DNA from: Candidatus Paceibacter sp. | GTDB taxonomy: Bacteria > Patescibacteriota > Patescibacteriia > DYGC01 | Length of the DNA stretch: 64,000 bases | NCBI GenBank assembly: GCA_020724925.1 | Contig: DYGC01000001.1 | Coordinates: 5,228 to 69,227, forward strand | Direction: 5' to 3' | The notes under the pieces: generated by a model | Told to the model about the DNA's origin: nothing | The model's input: only the letters and a program-made list of their open reading frames with translations | Databases searched by the model: none | In this document: in pieces, positions 28,778-37,780 of the stretch | How positions within the stretch are numbered: the first letter of the stretch is position 1 | Layout of the letters: each line of letters opens with the position of its first letter | Position numbers and translations under genes: made by a program

Positions 28778-29341
28778 ATGTCTATTGCAAACATAATTAA
28801 TCATTTGGAAGAAAAGCATAGTCAACGTTTGTCTGAATTGGAACAAAACCATCTCGCTCGTTTAGCTTCTTTAAAAAAACAATGGGAGGATCGTTTTACT
28901 GATGCCAGACAAAAGATTTTAAGTGAATACCAACAAAAATCGCAACAAAAATTGGCACAGTTGTCTTTTAAGCAAAGAGAACAGTGGCAACGGGAGGTTT
29001 TGCAGAAAAAGCAAACATTAATTGATGATTTATTTGATCAGGTATGGCAAGAATTAAAATCATTGTCCGATAGAGATTATGATGCTTTGTTGCGCAAGGC
29101 TTTTGCCAAGCTACCAAAGTCTAATGGAAAAATTCAAGTCGCTCCTGATGGCGAGACCATTTGCCAAAAAATAATTAAAGATTTGGGGCGGGGTGACGAG
29201 CTGATTGTCAGCAAGCACTTTGCTGATCGCGGCTTTATTTATAGTAATGATAAAGTTTTGATTGATTATTCTTTTAATTTTGTGTTGCGGCACTTAAAGA
29301 ATGATAGCGTGGTTGATTTAAATAATTCCTTATTTGAATAG
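28778..29341 (+). CDS. atpE: A/V-type ATPase subunit E
   Basis: 187 aa, long N-terminal coiled coil plus C-terminal globular domain. Position in operon. Confidence 0.6.
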   Translation: MSIANIINHLEEKHSQRLSELEQNHLARLASLKKQWEDRFTDARQKILSEYQQKSQQKLAQLSFKQREQWQREVLQKKQTLIDDLFDQVWQELKSLSDRDYDALLRKAFAKLPKSNGKIQVAPDGETICQKIIKDLGRGDELIVSKHFADRGFIYSNDKVLIDYSFNFVLRHLKNDSVVDLNNSLFE

Positions 29342-29349
29342 CTTTATTT

Positions 29350-30351
29350 ATGAATCAAGAAGCTTACGCTTATGCCAGTGCTAAGGTTCGGGCCTTGGAG
29401 TCTTATATGTTGAGCGAGGCAGATATTGTGCGCTTGGTAGAGGCAAAGGATGCGGAAGTGGCGTTTAAAGTTTTAAACGATACTGATTATGGTAGCGAAA
29501 TGTTGGATTTACAAGTTCATGAATATAAAGTGGCAATTAATCGCAAGCTTTTGCGTTTGCAAAAAGTTTTACTGAAAACAATCCCGGATTACGATTTGTT
29601 GAAGTTATTATATTTGGAGTATGACTATAATAATATAAAATTATTATTTAAATCCCGATATTTTTCTTGGCCGGCAGAGGAGTGGTTGATTGAATTTCCG
29701 GGTTTGGAGAAGGTTGATCAGTTGCGACGTTATATTATTGAGGATTTGGATGCCGGCGTTGATGAATACATTAAGCATCATATTAATCAGGGGAAATCTT
29801 TGGCCAAAGAGGCGGGGCCTTCATTGAGTCCGGCTCAGCTCGAGAATTTTTTTGATCGAAAATATTTTAAGTCAGCTTTGAAAATCGCGGAACGTTTAAA
29901 AAACGATTTTGTTTTAGAAACCTGGCGACGTTTGATCGATATTGCCAATGCAAAAATCACCGTGCGTGGTTTGTTGAACCAACAATCGATAGATTGGATA
30001 AATGATCGTTTGCACAATGGTGGTTTGACCGATATTTTTTATTGGCAACAAGCCTTTGCCGGCGGAATGGATGCGGTAGTTAACCGTTTGTCTTTGTTGT
30101 GGCCAAGTAATGATGGTTTTTGGGATAGTTTTAGACAGAATTTGGATTTAAGTCAGCTAGATCGCCAATTTCAAAATTCTTTTTTGGGGCATTTGCGAAA
30201 AGCCAAGCTGATTGGTTATGGTCCGGAAACGGTGGTGGCGTATTTTTTTGCCAAAATGAATGCCGTGAGGAATATCAATATTGCGATGGCTTTAAAAATC
30301 AATCAGGTACCTAGTCAAAATATTAAAAATTATTTAAGCGACTTATATTAA
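29350..30351 (+). CDS. atpC: A/V-type ATPase subunit C (d-subunit)
   Basis: 333 aa helical protein. N-terminus AYAYASAKVRALESYMLSEAD is typical of subunit C. Confidence 0.7.
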   Translation: MNQEAYAYASAKVRALESYMLSEADIVRLVEAKDAEVAFKVLNDTDYGSEMLDLQVHEYKVAINRKLLRLQKVLLKTIPDYDLLKLLYLEYDYNNIKLLFKSRYFSWPAEEWLIEFPGLEKVDQLRRYIIEDLDAGVDEYIKHHINQGKSLAKEAGPSLSPAQLENFFDRKYFKSALKIAERLKNDFVLETWRRLIDIANAKITVRGLLNQQSIDWINDRLHNGGLTDIFYWQQAFAGGMDAVVNRLSLLWPSNDGFWDSFRQNLDLSQLDRQFQNSFLGHLRKAKLIGYGPETVVAYFFAKMNAVRNINIAMALKINQVPSQNIKNYLSDLY

Positions 30352-30355
30352 TTTT

Positions 30356-30697
30356 ATGAGTGATAATCAATTATACAAAATCGCGATTTTAGGATCAGAA
30401 GAGGTTGTTAAAGGTTTTAAAATTTTAGGGCTTCAAGTTTTGACACCGAGCGACGAAGGCGGTGCTGAGAAATTATTATTAGAACTTAAAAGTAAAAATG
30501 ATTGTGCGGTTTTGATTATTACCGAAGATTGGGCTGGTCGTTTGGATGGATTTCTTAAAGAAGAATTTGCCAAAGTCTCATTGCCGGCCCTGGTGGTTGT
30601 GCCGGGTTTGGGCGGGCCGAGTGGTCAAGGTTTATTGCAATTAAGGCGAGTGGTGGAACAGGCAGTTGGTAGTGATATTTTATTTAATAATAATTAA
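30356..30697 (+). CDS. atpF: A/V-type ATPase subunit F
   Basis: 113 aa. IAILGSEEVVKGFKILGLQV matches the subunit F N-terminal pattern. Confidence 0.7.
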   Translation: MSDNQLYKIAILGSEEVVKGFKILGLQVLTPSDEGGAEKLLLELKSKNDCAVLIITEDWAGRLDGFLKEEFAKVSLPALVVVPGLGGPSGQGLLQLRRVVEQAVGSDILFNNN

Positions 30698-30705
30698 TAA
30701 AGATT

Positions 30706-32460
30706 ATGACAGCCAAAAACAATAAGGGCGTTGTCGTCAAAATCTCCGGACCGTTGGTGGTGGCGGAAGGGCTACCGGAAGCAAGGCTTTTTGATGTGGT
30801 AAAGATCGGTGAAAAAAAATTGGTTGGTGAAATTATTAAATTGGTTGGCAGACAAGTTTTTGTGCAGGTTTATGAAGAAACTTCCGGTTTAAAACCAGGA
30901 GAAGAAGTGGAATGGATGGGTTATCCGGTATCTGTAGAGTTGGGGCCAGGCTTGTTAACTTCAATTTATGATGGTGTGCAAAGACCATTGGAAGAAATTG
31001 AAAAAATTGCACAATCCCCGTTTATTACTAAAGGCATTGAAGCACCTGGTTTAAATCGTCAAAAGAAATGGAAATTTAAAGCTTTAAAGCGGGTCGGTGA
31101 TGAAGTTGGCCCCGGAGATATTATTGGTGAGGTACCGGAAACCGAGTTGATTACTCATAAAATTATGGTTCCGCCGAAAATGTCTGGAAAAATTACAGAT
31201 ATTCAAAGTGGTGATTATACAGTGACCGAAGTGGTTGCTAAAATTGGTGATAATGAGATTAGTATGATGCAACGTTGGGGTATTCGCGAACCACGCCCCG
31301 TACAAAACAAAATGTTGGCCAGTGAACCAATGTTAACCGGACAAAGAGTCATTGACACTTTCTTTCCGTTGGTGAAGGGTGGGGCGGCTTGTATTCCTGG
31401 TCCTTTTGGTTCTGGGAAAACCGTGGTGCAACACCAATTAGCCAAGTGGGCTGATGTTGATATTGTGATTTTCATTGGTTGTGGAGAGCGTGGCAATGAG
31501 ATGACTGATGTGTTAAAAGAATTTCCGGAATTGTTAGATCCGAAATCCGGTCGTCCGTTGATGGAAAGAACCGTGTTGATTGCCAATACTTCGAATATGC
31601 CGGTGGCGGCACGCGAGGCTTCGGTGTATACGGGTATTACCATTGGTGAATATTTTAGAGATATGGGTTACAAGGTGGCTTTGATGGGTGATTCGACTTC
31701 TCGTTGGGCCGAGGCCTTGCGAGAAATTTCCGGGCGCTTGGAAGAAATGCCCGGCGAAGAAGGTTACCCGGCTTATTTAGGATCTCGAACAGCTGCTTTT
31801 TATGAACGTGCCGGTTATGTTAAATGTTTGGGGGCTGATAATCGTGATGGTTCACTGAGCGTGATCGGAGCGGTGTCACCACCGGGCGGAGATTTGTCCG
31901 AGCCGGTCACCCAAAATACCTTGCGTGTGACGAAAGTTTTTTGGGGTTTGGATTCAGCGTTGGCGTATAAACGCCATTATCCGGCAATCAATTGGTTAAG
32001 TAGTTATTCTTTGTATTTAGATAATATTGCCGATTACTCCAAGAAAAATATTGCGGAAAATTGGTTGGATTTACGTTTGGAGGCGATGTCATTATTGCAA
32101 CAAGAATCTTCTTTGGAAGAAATTGTTAAATTGGTTGGTTTGGATTCTTTGTCTACTAAAGAGCAATTGGTTTTGGAAACCGCTAAATCTTTAAGAGAAG
32201 ATTATTTACAGCAATTCGCTTTTGATGAGGTTGATACTTATACTTCCACCAAAAAGATGCATTTGATGTTGTCATTGATTTTAACTTGGCACCATGAAGC
32301 CTTGGAGGCTTTGGATCGTGGTGTAAAATTATCGGTTATTAAAGACAAGAAAAATTTGAAGGAAGGAATCGCTCGTGCCAAGTATGTTCCTGAGGTCGAG
32401 TTGGGAACTTTGGAAAAGTTATTGGAAAATATTCATTCCGAATTTAATACATTAGCTTAA
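30706..32460 (+). CDS. atpA: A/V-type ATPase catalytic subunit A
   Basis: Walker A GPFGSGKTVVQHQL, Walker B region, A-subunit non-homologous insert region. 584 aa. Confidence 0.95.
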   Translation: MTAKNNKGVVVKISGPLVVAEGLPEARLFDVVKIGEKKLVGEIIKLVGRQVFVQVYEETSGLKPGEEVEWMGYPVSVELGPGLLTSIYDGVQRPLEEIEKIAQSPFITKGIEAPGLNRQKKWKFKALKRVGDEVGPGDIIGEVPETELITHKIMVPPKMSGKITDIQSGDYTVTEVVAKIGDNEISMMQRWGIREPRPVQNKMLASEPMLTGQRVIDTFFPLVKGGAACIPGPFGSGKTVVQHQLAKWADVDIVIFIGCGERGNEMTDVLKEFPELLDPKSGRPLMERTVLIANTSNMPVAAREASVYTGITIGEYFRDMGYKVALMGDSTSRWAEALREISGRLEEMPGEEGYPAYLGSRTAAFYERAGYVKCLGADNRDGSLSVIGAVSPPGGDLSEPVTQNTLRVTKVFWGLDSALAYKRHYPAINWLSSYSLYLDNIADYSKKNIAENWLDLRLEAMSLLQQESSLEEIVKLVGLDSLSTKEQLVLETAKSLREDYLQQFAFDEVDTYTSTKKMHLMLSLILTWHHEALEALDRGVKLSVIKDKKNLKEGIARAKYVPEVELGTLEKLLENIHSEFNTLA

Positions 32461-32469
32461 AATAATTTT

Positions 32470-33864
32470 ATGAATACGCAATACAAAACAATTCGGGAGG
32501 TGGCTGGTCCGTTGGTGGTAGTAAAAGATGTTAAGGATGTTTGCTATGAAGAAATGGTGGAAGTGGAATTGGGAAACGGTGCACGTCGTCGCGGTCGCGT
32601 TTTGGAAGTGAGCACGGACACGGCGGTGGTGCAGATGTTTGAAAGTAGCAGTGGCATTGACGTTACCAATGCTAGCGTTAGATTTTTAGGCAAAACCATG
32701 CAGTTGGGGGTTTCTGAAGATATGTTGGGCCGTGTGTTTAATGGCGCGGCTTTACCAAAAGGTGATATGCCGGCGATTATTCCGGAAAAATATGTGGATA
32801 TTAATGGTGCCCCGATTAATCCATTTTCTCGTGATTTTCCGGATGATTTTTTCCAAACCGGCATTTCTGCGATTGATGTCTTATCAACTTTGGTGCGTGG
32901 ACAAAAACTCCCGATTTTTTCTGGGGCTGGTTTGCCACATAGTGAGTTAGCGGCACAAATCGCTCGTCAGGCAAAAGTCGTTAAGGATAATTTAAAGGGT
33001 AATGATAAGGAGAAGTTTGCGATCGTTTTTGGTGCGATGGGCGTGACCTTTGAAGAAGCGGAATTTTTTATCAATGAATTTAAAAATACCGGAGCGATTG
33101 ATCGTTCGGTTTTGTTTGTGAATTTGGCTGATGATCCGGTGGTGGAAAGAATCACCTTACCAAGAATCGCTTTATCAACTGCGGAATATTTAGCCTTTGA
33201 AAAAGGGATGCACGTTTTAGTGATTTTGACTGATTTAACTAATTATTGTGAAGCTTTGCGTGAAATTAGTGCTGCTCGTAAAGAAATTCCTGGCCGTCGC
33301 GGTTACCCCGGTTATTTATATACTGATTTGGCTAGTTTGTATGAACGTGCTGGTCGTATTAAAGGACGTACCGGTTCGGTAACGCAAATTCCGATCTTAA
33401 CAATGCCGGAGGATGATAAAACCCATCCAATTCCTGACTTGACCGGTTATATTACCGAAGGACAGATTTATGTTTCTCGTGAATTGCATCGTAAGGGAAT
33501 TTATCCACCGATTGATATTTTGCCTTCATTATCACGTTTGATGTCTAAAGGGATTGGGGAAGGTAAAACCCGCGAAGACCATTCCGGTGTCGCCAATCAA
33601 TTATTTGCTGCTTATGCTAATGGTAAACAAGCAAAAGAGTTGTCGGTGATTTTGGGTGAATCGGCCTTGAGTGAAGCGGAGCGTGCTTATGTGAAATTTG
33701 CCGATGCCTTTGAAAATCGTTTTGTTAGACAAGGAAAACATGAAGATCGTAGTATTCAGGAATCCTTGAATTTGGCTTGGGAGTTATTTGCTTTGTTGCC
33801 GAAGGATGAGTTAAAACGTTTGAAGCCGGAAATGATTGAGAAATATTTACCTAAAAACGCTTAA
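32470..33864 (+). CDS. atpB: A/V-type ATPase subunit B
   Basis: 464 aa. Conserved B-subunit regions ([30 protein letters not shown]). Confidence 0.95.
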   Translation: MNTQYKTIREVAGPLVVVKDVKDVCYEEMVEVELGNGARRRGRVLEVSTDTAVVQMFESSSGIDVTNASVRFLGKTMQLGVSEDMLGRVFNGAALPKGDMPAIIPEKYVDINGAPINPFSRDFPDDFFQTGISAIDVLSTLVRGQKLPIFSGAGLPHSELAAQIARQAKVVKDNLKGNDKEKFAIVFGAMGVTFEEAEFFINEFKNTGAIDRSVLFVNLADDPVVERITLPRIALSTAEYLAFEKGMHVLVILTDLTNYCEALREISAARKEIPGRRGYPGYLYTDLASLYERAGRIKGRTGSVTQIPILTMPEDDKTHPIPDLTGYITEGQIYVSRELHRKGIYPPIDILPSLSRLMSKGIGEGKTREDHSGVANQLFAAYANGKQAKELSVILGESALSEAERAYVKFADAFENRFVRQGKHEDRSIQESLNLAWELFALLPKDELKRLKPEMIEKYLPKNA

Positions 33865-33873
33865 TTTTTTATT

Positions 33874-34515
33874 ATGGCTACACGTTTAAATGTTAATCCA
33901 ACCAAACAAGAATTGCTGAAGTTAAAATTAAAGTTGAAAACGGCACAACGCGGTCACAAGCTTTTAAAAGAAAAGCGTGATGGTTTGTTAAAACATTTTA
34001 TGGCGGTGATTAAGCAAGCTCGTGATTTGCGTAATAACGTTGAGCAAGATTTGGCTAAGGGTTTTCGTTCATATTTGGTGGCGGCCGCTCAGATGAATCC
34101 GGAGTTTTTGGAAAATGCTTTGTTGGGTTCAGAAAGAAAAGTTAGTTTACGTGCTAATATCAAAAATGTGATGAGTGTTAATATCCCAGAATTTGCTTAT
34201 GAGGAAAGTGGTGATTTTTTATCTTATAGTGCAACGTTTACTTCTGCTTCTTTGGATCAGGCTATTTCCAGCTTCGCTAATAATTTAAAAGATATTGTCA
34301 GTTTGGCACAAATTGAACACTCGGCTAAGTTATTGGCAGCCGAGATTGAAAAAACTCGTCGGCGGGTTAATGCTTTGGAATATGTATCAATTCCCAACAT
34401 TATGGAGACCATTAAATATATTCAAAGCAAACTTAATGAGCAGGAACGTGGTACTTTAATTACTTTAATGAAGGTTAAAGCCAAGTTAGAGGCGGAAGCA
34501 CGGGAGGCGGTTTAA
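33874..34515 (+). CDS. atpD: A/V-type ATPase subunit D (central stalk)
   Basis: MATRLNVNPTKQELLKLKLKLKTAQRGHKLLKEKRDGLL is a canonical D-subunit N-terminus. 213 aa. Confidence 0.85.
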   Translation: MATRLNVNPTKQELLKLKLKLKTAQRGHKLLKEKRDGLLKHFMAVIKQARDLRNNVEQDLAKGFRSYLVAAAQMNPEFLENALLGSERKVSLRANIKNVMSVNIPEFAYEESGDFLSYSATFTSASLDQAISSFANNLKDIVSLAQIEHSAKLLAAEIEKTRRRVNALEYVSIPNIMETIKYIQSKLNEQERGTLITLMKVKAKLEAEAREAV

Positions 34516-34648
34516 ACTAGACTTGCCAATCTCAAAAACTTGTGTTAAATTAGACCTGCGTTTGACAAAGATCTTGGTGTGAAGATTTTTTCAACGAACT
34601 CTATTTGCTCTGTGCTCTCAATTATATTTTTTAATATTTAAGAAAACT

Positions 34649-34918
34649 ATGCCTAATTTACGAGCGGCGAAAAAGGATTTACGACAATCCAAGAAGCGCC
34701 AGGAAAGAAATGAATTGACTTACACAAAATTGCGCGATTTAATGCGTCAAACCCGTAAGTCTGCCGATGCCAAGGATGCTAAAAAGACCGAGGAATTGGT
34801 GAAGACCGCCATTAAAACCTTGGATAAAGCCGCCAAAAAGGGCTTTATGAAGAAAAATACCGTTTCCCGACGCAAAAGTATTTTGGCCCGTCGTTTAAAC
34901 GAAACCAAAAAAGCGTAA
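34649..34918 (+). CDS. rpsT: 30S ribosomal protein S20
   Basis: 89 aa, highly basic. MPNLRAAKKDLRQSKKRQERN and C-terminal KGFMKKNTVSRRKSILARRLN match S20. Confidence 0.8.
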   Translation: MPNLRAAKKDLRQSKKRQERNELTYTKLRDLMRQTRKSADAKDAKKTEELVKTAIKTLDKAAKKGFMKKNTVSRRKSILARRLNETKKA

Positions 34919-34930
34919 TCGTTACATATA

Positions 34931-34958
34931 AAAAATAGGACTTTTGTCCTATTTTTTT
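34931..34958 (+). terminator. Rho-independent terminator after rpsT
   Basis: AGGAC-TTTT-GTCCT hairpin (34937-34950) followed by TTTTTTT. Confidence 0.5.
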
Positions 34959-35048
34959 GTATTTGCGCTATTACCGGTCTTTGTTATAATTAATCTTGTA
35001 ATAAATAAAATTTATTAACGTTTTATAAATGTAAAAAATATCTAATTT

Positions 35049-35588
35049 ATGGCCAAATTAGCGAACGAAGAACAACTTATCAGGGAAGCGCAGGCAGATC
35101 AGTCCAAGTTTTCCCTGTTGTATCGGCATTACTTCGAACAGATTTACTATTTTTTGTTAGCCAAAATCCGCAACGAAGCCGACGCTGAGGATTTGACGGC
35201 AATCACTTTTGCTAAAGCTCTTAACAATTTAAAAAAGTATAAAGAAGGAAATTTTCGGGCCTGGTTATATCGTATTGCCAATAATACCTTTTTAGACTTT
35301 GTGCGTAAGGAAAATCGCATTTCTCATGATGAAGAGCAAATGATGAATTTGGAAGATACTCGTTCGGAGGATGCTAGCGAAACAGTGGATAAGGCGATGA
35401 TGTTGGATAAGGTTAAGTCTGTGATGAAAACTTTACCGGAAAAATATCAAAGTGTTTTATCGCTGAAATACTTTTCTGATATGAGTAACGGGGAAATCGC
35501 TGAAATGTTGAATTGCCGAGAAAATAATGTAGCGGTGCAACTTCATCGTGGGGTGAAGATGCTGACTGAACTTTTAAATAATAATTAA
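35049..35588 (+). CDS. ECF-subfamily RNA polymerase sigma-70 factor
   Basis: Region 2 (LYRHYFEQIYYFLLAKIRNEADAEDLTAITFAKA ... WLYRIANNTFLDFVRK) and region 4 HTH (LSLKYFSDMSNGEIAEMLNCRENNVAVQLHRG). Confidence 0.8.
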   Translation: MAKLANEEQLIREAQADQSKFSLLYRHYFEQIYYFLLAKIRNEADAEDLTAITFAKALNNLKKYKEGNFRAWLYRIANNTFLDFVRKENRISHDEEQMMNLEDTRSEDASETVDKAMMLDKVKSVMKTLPEKYQSVLSLKYFSDMSNGEIAEMLNCRENNVAVQLHRGVKMLTELLNNN

Positions 35589-35600
35589 AATTTTATATAT

Positions 35601-37676
35601 ATGAAAAAATTTGACGAAAAAATGGTGGAAAACTTGCTGTTTGAAGACGGCAACGTTTCCCGTGCCACCGCCGCGCACGTCAGCGATGCCAAACGCGACG
35701 AGATTTATGAGAAGGTTTTAAGATACTCTCAAAATTTATCATTAAATGAAACAACTATGAAAGCCTCAAATTCGTGGCTGAAGAGTTTTATGTTATTGGT
35801 GAGCGGTGCCGCCATCGCCGCAATTGCCTTTTTCTCTTTTAGTTATTGGCCAGGTGATAGTGGAAAGGTTGTTGTTAGCCCGGAAGAAAATCAAGTGAGT
35901 GAAGTGGTGGTGGAGCAGGCTATTCCTTTGGCCGCAACGGTTGCTTATATTGATGGCTCTTTGAGTTTGAAAGTCGGTGAAAATTGGGAAAATTTAGCGG
36001 TTGGTGATGATTTAAAGGCCGGCGATGTAATTAAAACCGCTGCCCCCGGACGTGCCATTATTAATTTTGACGATGGTAGTGCCGTGCGTTTGGATGCCAA
36101 CACGGAAGTTTTGATTCAACAATGTGATAACGAGGCGATTGTTTTGGCTCAATCCAATGGTCAAATTTATAATCGTGTGCACAAATCCGATACTTTAGAA
36201 TTCAGTGTTTTGGGTAAAGAAACTAAAATCACTGCTATGGGTACAGCCTTTACCGTTAACATGAATCGTGCTGATCAGGTGATTATTAAAGTTTTAGAAT
36301 CAAAAGTTAAAGTGGAAGAAAAGCAAAAACAGGAAGAAGTTGTTGCCGGTGAAGTAGCCGTGGTTTATCAAAAAGAAGAAACCGTTAGCAAAAATAAATT
36401 GGCTTACGAAGAATTGCAAGATGATTTTCATCAATGGAATAAAGATGAGGATGTGAAAATTGAAGCGCCTTTGGGGGTTTTGGAGGAGGTTCCGCCGGTT
36501 TTAAAAATCAGCGCCCCCAGTGATTCTTTGGAAACTTATTCTTCCAGCGTGGAAGTTAAAGGTATGACTGATGGCGTGAAAGTTTTGGTTAATGGTGCCG
36601 AAGTGGCGGTGAGCGAGGAAAGTTTTAGCAGGGGCGTTTCTTTGTCTTTAGGTAAAAACGTTATCACTGTGAAGGCTATCAACGAGTTTGATAAGACAAC
36701 CGAAAAATCAATTATTGTTTATAAAAAGGAAAAAACCGAAGAGCCGGCTGAAAAACCTGTGAGTGCAGGCATTTCTTTAAATGGTTCAGTGGTTGATGGT
36801 AAAGTGAAATTATCTTGGTCATTGAGCAACATGACTTCTTCTCAAGGATTTAAGGTGGTCTACAATGAAAGTGGTTACCCGGTTTATCCTGGCGATACTT
36901 ACCATTATTTAACTGATTCTGGAGCACGTAGCGATGTTTGGACTGGGTTGAAAGCCGGCAAAACTTATTATTTCCGAGTGTGTGAATATTTGGGTGGTAA
37001 GTGCGGTGTTTACAGTAATCAAGTTAAAGTAACCATTCCGGCTGCTACTTCCGGCACAACCGATAATAGCAATGGTAGCATTGCTTTGTCGGGAGTTGCT
37101 TATGATGGTGGGAAAGTTCAATTGAAATGGACTTTGAGCAACATGACATCATCCCAGGGTTTCAAGGTGGTTTACAACGAAAGTGGTTATCCGGTTTATC
37201 CTGGTGATACTTATCATTATTTAAGTAGTCCTGATACTCGTAGTGATAGTTGGACCGGTTTAACTGCCGGTAAGACCTATTATTTCCGAGTTTGTGAATA
37301 TTTAGGCGGTAAGTGTGGAATTTATAGTAATCAAGTTTCATTGACTATTCCGGCAGCTGTTGAAAAACCAGCCGGGACGATTTCTTTAAGCGGTAGTGTC
37401 AGTGATAATGGTGTGGTAAGCTTGTTTTGGTCTTTATCCAACATGACTTCTGATATGGGGTTTAAGGTGGTTTACAACGAAACCGGCAATCCGGTTTACC
37501 CTGGAAACACCTATCATTATTATAGCGATGCTAGTGTACGTGGCGACATGTGGTCTGATTTGGAGCCTGGTAAAACCTATTATTTCCGAACTTGTGAATA
37601 TTTGGGTGGTAAATGCGGGGTTTATAGCAATCAGGTGAAATTGATTATTCCTGCTTTGGATCCAACCCATCAATAG
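35601..37676 (+). CDS. Anti-sigma factor, FecR-domain protein with three tandem ~100-aa FN3-like repeats
   Basis: Immediately downstream of the ECF sigma gene. Cytoplasmic N-domain, one TM helix, FecR-like domain (GSLSLKVGENWENLAVGDDLKAGDVIKTAAPGRAIINFDDGSAVRLDANTEVLI), then three near-identical repeats (...LSNMTSSQGFKVVYNESGYPVYPGDTYHY...GKTYYFRVCEYLGGKCGVYSNQV...). Confidence 0.6.
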   Translation: MKKFDEKMVENLLFEDGNVSRATAAHVSDAKRDEIYEKVLRYSQNLSLNETTMKASNSWLKSFMLLVSGAAIAAIAFFSFSYWPGDSGKVVVSPEENQVSEVVVEQAIPLAATVAYIDGSLSLKVGENWENLAVGDDLKAGDVIKTAAPGRAIINFDDGSAVRLDANTEVLIQQCDNEAIVLAQSNGQIYNRVHKSDTLEFSVLGKETKITAMGTAFTVNMNRADQVIIKVLESKVKVEEKQKQEEVVAGEVAVVYQKEETVSKNKLAYEELQDDFHQWNKDEDVKIEAPLGVLEEVPPVLKISAPSDSLETYSSSVEVKGMTDGVKVLVNGAEVAVSEESFSRGVSLSLGKNVITVKAINEFDKTTEKSIIVYKKEKTEEPAEKPVSAGISLNGSVVDGKVKLSWSLSNMTSSQGFKVVYNESGYPVYPGDTYHYLTDSGARSDVWTGLKAGKTYYFRVCEYLGGKCGVYSNQVKVTIPAATSGTTDNSNGSIALSGVAYDGGKVQLKWTLSNMTSSQGFKVVYNESGYPVYPGDTYHYLSSPDTRSDSWTGLTAGKTYYFRVCEYLGGKCGIYSNQVSLTIPAAVEKPAGTISLSGSVSDNGVVSLFWSLSNMTSDMGFKVVYNETGNPVYPGNTYHYYSDASVRGDMWSDLEPGKTYYFRTCEYLGGKCGVYSNQVKLIIPALDPTHQ
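36771..37665 (+). repeat. Three tandem ~300-bp direct repeats inside the anti-sigma factor gene
   Basis: Units begin near 36771, 37078 and 37380. Long stretches are nucleotide-identical between units (e.g. GGTTTACAACGAAAGTGGTTA(T/C)CCGGTTTATCCTGG, TATTATTTCCGAGT(G/T)TGTGAATATTT). Confidence 0.7.
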
Positions 37677-37703
37677 ATTTATATAAAGCTACTGATTAAA
37701 AGC

Positions 37704-37728
37704 ATCCCGAGAAATCGGGGTGTTTTTT
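37704..37728 (+). terminator. Rho-independent terminator after the anti-sigma gene
   Basis: CCCGA-GAAA-TCGGG hairpin followed by GTGTTTTTTGTTTT. Confidence 0.45.
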
Positions 37729-37780
37729 GTTTTGGTGATTTTTATGATACAATAATTTTAATTATATATTTTATTGATTT

